A DNA stretch of 64,000 nucleotides, taken from contig OX597830.1 in assembly GCA_951406725.2 (NCBI GenBank), forward strand, positions 44,764,001 to 44,828,000. The letters run 5' to 3'. This document shows positions 54,900-64,000 of this stretch, in pieces. How positions within the stretch are numbered: position 1 is the stretch's first letter; each line of letters starts with the position of its first letter. A program made the position numbers and the translations under genes. A model generated the notes under the pieces. That model saw nothing but the letters and a program-made list of their open reading frames with translations. It was not told the DNA's origin and made no database searches. The DNA comes from Octopus vulgaris (Eukaryota).

Positions 54900-55960
54900 T
54901 GTGATTCTAGTCGAGATACCCTTAACTAGTGAGTTAATTGCGCCAGGGGTTGATATGATAATTGGTTTAAGTAGGTAGTGGTCTAGTAGTATAAACTAGA
55001 TTTAAAGTCCAAAGTTACGTCCTGGAAATTAACTGTCTTTGTATTATGCTCAAATGTAGTAAGTTGGTTGTAATTTCTGAAAAATTTTCTGAATACTTTT
55101 TTCTCGTCCGTTCTAAAACCACTTTACTATTAGTTGGGATAATGAACAAAGCATCGTCCCTACATAGACCTACACATAGATTAGGAAATATATCTTGGAG
55201 GCAATGCAGGAGATATATTCCTACTAGATCGGTGACCTGGACCAATTACTAGATCTCATAGCAACATCGAAATTGTCAGGAGTGTCATGCTGCGTTCACA
55301 GCTCACCCTCGAATTCAATGACGGTTCTCCTAGCCCACAAAAAAATATCAATGTTATACAAAGTGGGAGATATACTACAGTAATAAACATTAATCTCGAA
55401 TTGTAAAGAAGAGTATTTACGTTTACGATCTATAGAGGAAAACCAGTGTACGACCTCACACCTATTACACCATAATTTAAAAGGTATAATCGGAATTAAA
55501 AGAGAGATAATTTTTATCTAACAGAGCTTAACGATATCCGATCTAGTCGGGCTGATCGATCAGGCAGATCAGTCAGGTTGATCAGTCGTATAGACAGGTT
55601 GTCCTAAAAGTTGACCCTAGACTCACAAGGCCAGAGTGGCTCCGTTCTCTCATATATTTTCCAAATGAAGATGATTTTAGATGGAACTGCGTTAATATCG
55701 TCCAGTGTGGATTTATGAGTATTCCTATATTTTTTGTTGAATTCCTTGAGTATTAGTTCGGGGTACGTGGTGTAATCTGTTCTATATAGATTTCCGGCCT
55801 TATCAGTTGGCATCAAGCTTCCGGGTTCATATCTCAATTCCTTGATAAGTTTCGTTAGATTTCTTAGGTGTAGGTTTTTCCTAAGAGGATCACGCTTGAA
55901 CTTTATGTTAGATATAATTTGAAATGAATCTTTTTCGAAGTGATCTAATAACAGGTTAGG
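54900..55960 (-). mobile_element. Penelope-like RT fragment
   Basis: LMPTDKAGNLY; FDVAM...VTDLVGIYLL...GLCRDDAL resembles FDVTMG..ELVG.YLL..GLYRDD. Confidence 0.75.
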
Positions 55961-57172
55961 AGGTGAGATTTTGCGGTATATATTTCAAGCAAGGGGCGAA
56001 CTCCTAACATCTTCAAGCAGACGACGGGATCCCCAGACCGAACGGCTTCGGACTATTCATGCCCAACTTCAGTGGTGAAAACCCGACCGCTAGGATGAGC
56101 AGGAATTCGCTCCAGATCGCAATATATTGAAAACTAAGCGACAATCTGTCACTGATCTTGCAACAAGCAAAGAAGCCAATTAAAAAGTCTTACTATGAGT
56201 TGAAGGTATTAACTATACAGAGAAGTAATTTTTATCACCACAATAATATGGCTGTTCAACGTTATTACTGTATAACCCCAGGCAGCGCCCCCGCCAGCTG
56301 GTTATCAGTATAGTTGCTACTACATAAAATATACCGTCTCTAAAAACATATTTTACAGTGTTACACTCTACAATGCCAAAGTTAGACTCACGGTGGAATG
56401 ATGCCCATACACTCGAGGCAGTGCTTTTATTATACACACAAGCAGCTTTGAATGTACCCACACAAAAGTCATTCGACTGATGAACGAACAATCACCCATT
56501 CTGCTACAACTATCAGGTGACATACGTGCATTTTGTACGGCTGTTATAACCAATACTTAATATGCTATAAGCAATAGCTAGCATGTGTGCTTTTCCACTT
56601 CTTATACTACAGCGATCTCTAACTGGATTTCTGCACATCTCCCCTACTCCACTACCCAGGCCCACTTAAGACATCAAACTGTCCTACTCTCATCGCACTT
56701 ATTCCACTTAATCTCTTTGATCATGCATTCAACTCTGTCTGCTCATTCTCCCAAGAACAAAGGTCTTATAATTCTCTCATCAGTCACTTTATTTCATATA
56801 GAAACCAACTGAAACACATTTAAACTAAAATTCTGGACTGTTTTTTTTTTTTAATTATTGAAATTGATAATTCAGCTGGAGGGAATAAGTGTGGGGGATA
56901 TGAACCCGTATCTATTTTTTTCAATTATTTTTAGAAGAATTATTATTTAAAATTTAACAATGATTCGTCAAGAAATATTTAGTCAATCACATGAACGCAA
57001 TGGAAACATTTTGGGAGCACTGCTTATTACTACGAGTTATGTCCCCTTGAGAAGATAACATCCGATAAAAAAGAAGTATAAATTACTTTTGTCGACGCAC
57101 AGGTTATTGATAATTTTCTGATTGATGCGGACATTTTTCATGATGCAGACATGCACTCATACACGCACACAC

Positions 57173-57232
<60 letters not shown>

Positions 57233-57399
57233 CTACAAGTCGCGTACTTGATGTGGGAGATTATTTATGGAAAATTCGATGAATACGATCTCCACTTCGA
57301 AGCTGCAACTATCAGCCCTGGTAAATAACTGGTTAATCTTCAAATGAATTAACAAAAGGAGCCCTTTATTCAAGATCGTAATGATTTTCGACTGAAACT

Positions 57400-60300
57400 T
57401 GAATTTACCAGGCAGGGAGTTACTACAAACAACATGGCTGGACACAACATCAACAACAACTCAACAGGTAAGCAGATTCTTTCTAGCTGTAGTTATAGAA
57501 GAAACCGGAACTACAAAACAAACTTTCCTTGGCGTTGTGAATTGAATACTGATTTATTTAATTGCTACAAAAGACCGAAAAACACGCCGCTGTTGGATAT
57601 ATGGATCAATTGAAATCATAGTGGGATGATCTGCACTCAGAACGAAACAATTACGTCAACAAGCAACATTTGTGGAACATAAGAAGAAAGTTAGTTACTG
57701 TAACCTTATTTTAAAAAACAAATATCTAAAATTAACCTTCTCCAAAACAAAATAAACGGAAAAGTGAACGATGTTAGAACACCACGTGATTTCGCAGTTA
57801 GCGACATTCCAACATATACTATACAGCCTACCAGCCAAACTACAGCACAGGCTAAAGCAAGAGACCATTGTCCCTCTACTTTGTCAATAGTAAATAGCAG
57901 GTACAACCGCAACAGTCATTGCAGTAGCAATCAGGATGATATGTCGCTGAAATATGCCCTTAGTGATATCTCTCAAGAAAAAATTAGTTTCGCTTTGAAA
58001 TACTTTCTCAAAGAGAGAGCATACTCTACTAAAGTAAGCAAAAGACCAACAGACACTGTATTAAAAGCTGTTAATGAAATCAGAAAGTAGCATTTGTGTG
58101 AGTGTAATGAATCCTCATTCTGGCAGATTAACGCCTTTTTGTAGGCCTTGTCTACTACCGCAAAGCAATGCATGAACGACACTCAAAAGCAATAAAACCA
58201 AAACAACGAAAAAAAATGCTATCGTGGGTTTTGAACTCGGGGAAAAAATAGCTGATGTGCGGAAGACCATCAGCCGTGTGACGATGAGTGTGTGATGCCT
58301 GTGGGTAGCGAAAAGAAAACATTCAATTACAAACTGGTCACCCCTCAAGCAGGAGTTAAAAGCATAACCGAAAGAAAAATAGTTAACAAGATTTAACCGG
58401 AACCAGGCAGTAGTATACAGATAGATGAGAGGAGAAGCAAGTGAACATCACAGAAGTTCCTTCACGAGAAGACATAGACTCCTTTTGGCGGAAAATCTGG
58501 AGTGAAGAGATGAAGTTTAATCGAGATACTCTGTGTGGGTGGAAGAAATTCGAAGAAGTTATTACCCCTGCGTTACACCCAAGACATACAACATTGCTGG
58601 GGATACTCTTGTGACTGTAATCAGGAAACGTCAGGATGCAAAACTCCCAGAAGAGACTTGATAGATGGATACTGGTACAAGAAGCGAACCTTCTACTGAC
58701 CATATCTTATCAGCCTGCACCAGCATGCTCTCAGAGGAAATAGTAGCATACCACACTGGTTTGCTCTGGCAGAGACGAAACTGCTCCCCTAAAGCAGAAC
58801 CATCCGCATAACGAAAAACTACCGGACAATAGCATACCAGAACTTAATGTATGAATTATATGTATAAAATGTATATTTAATGTATAAAATATAGTCAAAG
58901 CCATACTGAACCTGACATCATCGTGGGTCACTATTTTAATGTTAAATACAAGGAGTGATATTATTATCACTGATAGAACACATCATCGCAGCGGCATATT
59001 CCAACGGGACAGCCTCTCTCTGATGTTTATATTAGGTTGTCAAGAAAGTTCTTCCGGTTTTTAACCTTTATATTCAGATGCACATATCTCGGCTCAAACA
59101 AAACTTTATTAATCGAAATAAACACCATCAGAATCAACATACTTTTGCCAACGCGAAACAAGTTCATTTATGACAGTAGCGTAAAAATCCTGCGTTCTGG
59201 TGGCGAAGAAGTTGTTGAAGGCGTGTTTGGCATCGTCTTGGATTTTTAAGCATTTCTCAGGCAGGAAGTTGTCGAGATGCTTGAAAAAGTGGTAGTCGGT
59301 AGGCGACAGGTCTTGTGAGTATGGCGGATGAAGCAGTTTTGTAGCCCAATTTGTTCAACTTCTGCAGGGTCAGTTGTGCGGCGTGCGGCCGAGAGTTGTC
59401 GTGGAAAAGAATTGGTCCTTCTCTATTGAACAATGCTGGCTGTGGTTATCGGAGTTTCTTAAGCATTTCATACATTTGCTGACAGTACTTCTCCGCCGTA
59501 ACGGTTTCGCCTGGATCCAAAAAGCTGTGATGGATGAGACCGGCCGCAGACCACCAAACAGTCACCATGGCCTTCTTTTGGTGCAACTTTGGCTTCGGGA
59601 AGTGCCGTAGAGCATTGTCGGCGTCCGGCTACTGAGCTGAGCGTCGATGATTGTCGTAAAGAATTTACTTTTCATCGCAAGTCAGAATCCGGTCGAAAAA
59701 CGGGTGGTTCTTGTTGCATAAAAGAAGAGAAGACGACACTTTTGGTTGTCGTTCAATTCGTGCGGCACCCATTTCTCAAGTATTTTTGTTTTTCCAATCT
59801 CTTTCAAGTGGTTGGAAATTGTTACATACGTTACGTCTAATTCAGAAGCAAGCTCTTGAACAGTTGTGCGTGGATTGGCTTCCACTAAGGCTCTTAATTG
59901 ATCGTTGTCAACATCCGATGGCCGACCACTACGCTTATCATCTTCAAGACTCTCGTCACTGCTACGAAATTTGTTCAACCACCATTGTGCTGTACGTTCA
60001 TTACTGGTTCCGGGACCAAACGCATCGTTGATATCGCGAGTTCTTTCAGCAGCGTTTCGGCCTACCTTGAACTGGAATAAGAAAATTGTGCGAATTTGCT
60101 TTTTGTCGATGTTGTATTCAACGTTCCGGAAAAAAATGGCCTAATTATTAAAAAAAAAAAGATTAAACACTATTAGATAGAGCGAAAAACAGGCTTTAAA
60201 ATGATATATAAAGTCAGAGTAATTTAACGAAAATTAATTTGAAAATACATTATTTAAAACCAAAATTTAAAATTCCGTAAGAACTTTCTTGACAACCTAA

Positions 60301-61420
60301 TACTTTCTGTAAACCCTTTGTCATTCATATTGAGGAAGGGTCAGTAGTATCTCATTGGTTCACAAGGTAACAGAAATACCAAAAATACACACAGTTTCTT
60401 TGTGGATGACTTAAAACTACATGCCAAGAATATGCATGAGATGAAAAAGAACCTTGACCTGGTTACGACATTCCAAAACGCTGCGGAGTTGGCATGTGGT
60501 CAAGATAAATGCTATTATATAGTTGTGAAACGAGGCAAAACTGTATAACAGATAAGCAGCATTTCCATCAATGATTTGACTGTTTTCCCTATATCTGATG
60601 AGGAATGCTACAGGTACCTAGGGGTGGATGAAAACATATCTTACGGTGGCACCTGTGACAAGACACGTAATCACTAAAGAATATTACAGCCGAATAAAGA
60701 AAATATTGATCTCGGAATTCTCTGCAATCAATAAAACAATGGCCCACGGTGTGTTTGCAGTGCTAACACTCATACCAACATTTGGGTCGCTTGACTGGTT
60801 GTCTGGGGGATCCGAGCCATTAATGTAAAAACTCGGAACATACTAGTCAGCACAAATAAATTTCACATCAACAGGGATGTAGACCGCCTCGACCTGAAAG
60901 GAAAACAAAGCGGGAGAGGCTTAACATCGATCCAGGCTGCCTTTGGAAGGATAAGCCTGAAGTCAAAGAAATAAGAACTCACAGTATGGTTGCAGACACA
61001 GCCACTCATAATAAAAAAAAAGTACTGGTGGAATGTCTCAGTGAAAAAAAGCTCTATAAAGTGTAAACATAGTAGAGATGACATAGCGATTTGGGATAGA
61101 GAAGAAAAACTGTGTACAGTTATGGAAATCAGCTGCCCAGCAGGTGTTAACATAAAACTAAAGATCAGCAAGAAAGAAAATACCGACGCTGAACTATTGA
61201 GAAATCTACAGTTACTCTACCCAGATGACAAGTTCAGGTTAATAACTGTAATTATAGGAGCACTGCGATATGTAACATACTGCCTAAATACCAATGCTGA
61301 GAAATTACGCTTCTCAAAAGCAGAAAGGAAAAAGCTGATTTGAAGACTACAGATTCAAGCCATCACTGGATCTGTAAAACTCCCCAGAGGTTTATCATTT
61401 AAGTATAGATGCGCATGTCT
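57400..61420 (+). mobile_element. Decayed R4-like RLE LINE, interrupted by a mariner
   Basis: GIFQRDSLS|ILSVNPLS, FFVDDLKL, YRYLG, ISEFSAINK, DVDRL..GRGL, and C-terminal RDDIAIWDREEKLCTVMEISCP..VIIGAL endonuclease. Confidence 0.8.
59032..60300 (-). mobile_element. Full-length (1269 bp) mariner, Hsmar1/cecropia-like, decayed
   Basis: TIR ttaggttgtcaagaaagttctt / aagaactttcttgacaacctaa, TA duplication; SLEDDKRSGRP..WVPHEL, PPYSQDLSPTDYHFF. Confidence 0.95.
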
Positions 61421-61859
61421 AGACGTGTAAGTGTATGCATGAGAATACATACACAGAAGAAAACTTACAAATCTACACATGCACTGACTCCTAATCCTGC
61501 ACATATACACGCATACATACATACACACATAAATACGTGCAAAGATAACCTGTTGGCGCTGTTTAAATTCCAATGAAGGAGTCTTGGATCTAGGGTAGAA
61601 GACGGTTCTTTCTCTATAGGCAAGAAATCTTGAAGCAAAACTGAATAATGACATACACACATAATAGCTGCTTTCTCGTATACGAGCAAAGCCATTGCTA
61701 GAAAGAATCAGTGAAATAAATCATACATATACACACATACATACATACATACATACATACATGCATACATGCATACGTACGTACGTACATACATATATAC
61801 ATACACACACACATGCATAGATAAGAAGTGCGAGGTGCAATCCAAGTCTGGTATCTTAA

Positions 61860-62450
61860 AAGAAGCTTGGATGTGTTGGTGCAGTTGTCGACCCTCTGGA
61901 TAAAGGTGTTTGGCGCTGCCGATCTCTGGACAGTAGGGCAAAGGCTCGGATCTGCAGGCCTCTGATCTTCTCTGTCACATTCAATAGTTTCGAGACTCAG
62001 ACACTTTCTGCAGCCCTTATGGACCACCTGAACTCTTTTGGTACAAGGGTTAGGGTTAGGGTTTTGGACGCATCGCTGGATTATGGGTTACCACTGGTTG
62101 CATTTCGTACTCAGTCAATGATTCTACTCAGAGAGTGGGCTGCATCTTGTTACTTGTATGATTCGGGAATGTCAGCTGAGGGCATTTGGTCATGTTGCTG
62201 GACTTCTAGAGTTTGATCTTGTGTGTCATGTTCTCTTCTCTGTAGATCCAGATGGAGTGACGGTTCGTGTTGGTTGGACACATGCCTCATGGTCACGGCT
62301 AGTGATCAAGTATTTCCAGCTGATGGGAACTGACTGGGATACTGCTCAGAGGAATACCCTAATACTCGAGACGATTCGGTAAAATACAGAAAACGGTGAA
62401 CGCAGCGATGCACTGTAACGGCGCCTGTCCCCATACCTGACCTGACTTAG
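61860..62450 (+). mobile_element. 3' fragment of an RTE-like LINE
   Basis: IRECQLRAFGHVA..DP.G..SW motif and short (CCTGA)n tail. Confidence 0.6.
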
Positions 62451-62809
62451 GATAATAAGATTAATAATGAAGATAATCAAGAAATAGAGTTATAAACAAT
62501 CACCATAAATCATGAAACCTTTTACATGCTCCAGAATAAAGGACAAATCAGAACAACGAGGTTCCGAGATATAAATAATTATTGGACAAGCCTATCAAAC
62601 ATATATCCCAATGATAAGCTACCGAAAGGATATCGCCATAGTCAAGCTTCCACGCAGTTTCCATATGCCAAATTCACTCAGAAGGATTTTATATTCAGTT
62701 GCATCTCGGAGTTCCATGGGCTTCACTTTCTCTCGTGTTTATTCGGTATTTCGTATCAATCGCCTGTTCTTGGACATCAAATGCACTGCTTTGAATGTAT
62801 GTATGTGTG

Positions 62810-62840
<31 letters not shown>

Positions 62841-62927
62841 GTATGTATGTATGTATGTATGTATGTATGTATGTATGTATGTATGTATGTATGTATGCAT
62901 GCATGCATGTATGTGTGTATATGTATA

Positions 62928-63202
62928 AATTATAATTGAGGATATCTAAAAGATAGCACCATGCTAGAGATAACAGTTAAATCTTGATTTTAAAACCACA
63001 TCAATTATTCATACAGCACCATGGAGAAAAGACAAAGAGACAAATAAACTAACAAAATATTACTGGATATTAATATTTTGCCAGTTCATTTGTCTGTCTT
63101 TTCTCCAAAATGCTGTATAAATACATGATGTGGTTTTAGAATCAAGTTTTCACTGCTATCTCTAGCATGGTGGTGTCATTTAGATACCCTTTATCATAAT
63201 TT
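62928..63202. mobile_element. ~270-bp foldback / MITE-like palindrome
   Basis: Arms caccatgctagagata..cttgattttaaaaccacatca..ggagaaaagaca and their reverse complements. Confidence 0.8.
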
Positions 63203-63296
63203 CAATAGTAATTATTACCTATAAGGTTTTTATTCCCATGCTAGCCACTTGATATGATCGGTATTTTAAATAACGATTTTATCCTTATTTATATAA

Positions 63297-63370
<74 letters not shown>

Positions 63371-63419
63371 CTAAGATCAAAGTCTAATATCTACCCTTAA
63401 CAATTTAATATATATAGGA

Positions 63420-63757
63420 CAGCGGACTCGCGGTTTCGATGCCCAGATTTGAATATTGTGAATGCTTATTGAGCGAAAACACCTAAAGCCCCACGACGTT
63501 CCTTCAGGGGTGGTGGCGAACCCTGATGTACTCTTTCACCACAACTTTCTCTCACTTTTTGCTCCTGTTTCTGTTGTACCTGTATTTCAAAGGACCAGCC
63601 ATGTCACACTCTGTGTCACGCTGAATCTCCCAGAGAACTACACTAAGGGCACACGTGTCTTTGGAGTGCTCAGCCACTTGCACATTAATTTCACGAACAG
63701 GCTGTTACGTTGATCGAATCAATAGGAACCCTCGTCGTCGTAACCGATGGAGTGCGA
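63420..63757 (+). mobile_element. SINE-like interspersed repeat
   Basis: B-box-like ggtttcgatgcc; 3' half shared with 42300-42400. Confidence 0.6.
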
Positions 63758-64000
63758 CGAGTAGATAATAAATAGATACAAGCTCATACAAGCAACACTG
63801 AGAAATAAATATGAATACAAAACATAGTTTCCTAAAATACAACATGCGTTTGAAACTCAATAACGCAATCGATGGAATGTCGATTTCTAATAGTTGCGTA
63901 ATCTGTATTATTCTGTTGGCTTGCAGGGAACAAAGGAACCTAATCGATATAATCCATTAGAGACAGGACCAAATCGATATAATTCATTAGAGATACAAAA

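Noticed and set aside
57434-57480. ATG..CAG|GTAAGC as first exon of a third gene copy
   Set aside because: Peptide MAGHNINNNST is not hydrophobic or homologous to B exon 1, reads on into the R4-like element, and no PAN exons follow.
62046-62062. TTAGGG telomere-like repeats (also ~39376)
   Set aside because: Only two to three units; chance or element-internal.

Overview
Eukaryotic, AT-rich DNA dense in microsatellites and transposons; the SINE types and repeat load suggest a cephalopod/octopus-like mollusc (inference). Most ORF-track entries are microsatellite artefacts or decayed transposons: a Helitron, RTE, CR1/L2-like and R4-like LINEs, Penelope-like pieces, three Tc1/mariner elements, MITEs and tRNA-derived SINEs. 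Hidden among them is a tandem pair of spliced plus-strand genes. Copy B can be reconstructed completely: exons 30673-30703, 32039-32074, 32634-32891, 41844-42074 and 51703-51893 give 248 aa. It encodes a signal peptide plus three PAN/apple-like Cys domains, with all introns GT-AG in phase 1. Copy A has matching exons 9613-9648, 12214-12471, 15044-15274 and 22419-22615 but no homologous first exon. The paralogs are mosaic: domains 1 and 3 are 73% and 82% identical with almost only amino-acid-changing substitutions, whereas domain 2 is about 40% identical. A tRNA-headed SINE with a hammerhead-ribozyme-like tail and several nested or rearranged transposon structures are also present. All alignments and counts were done by eye.
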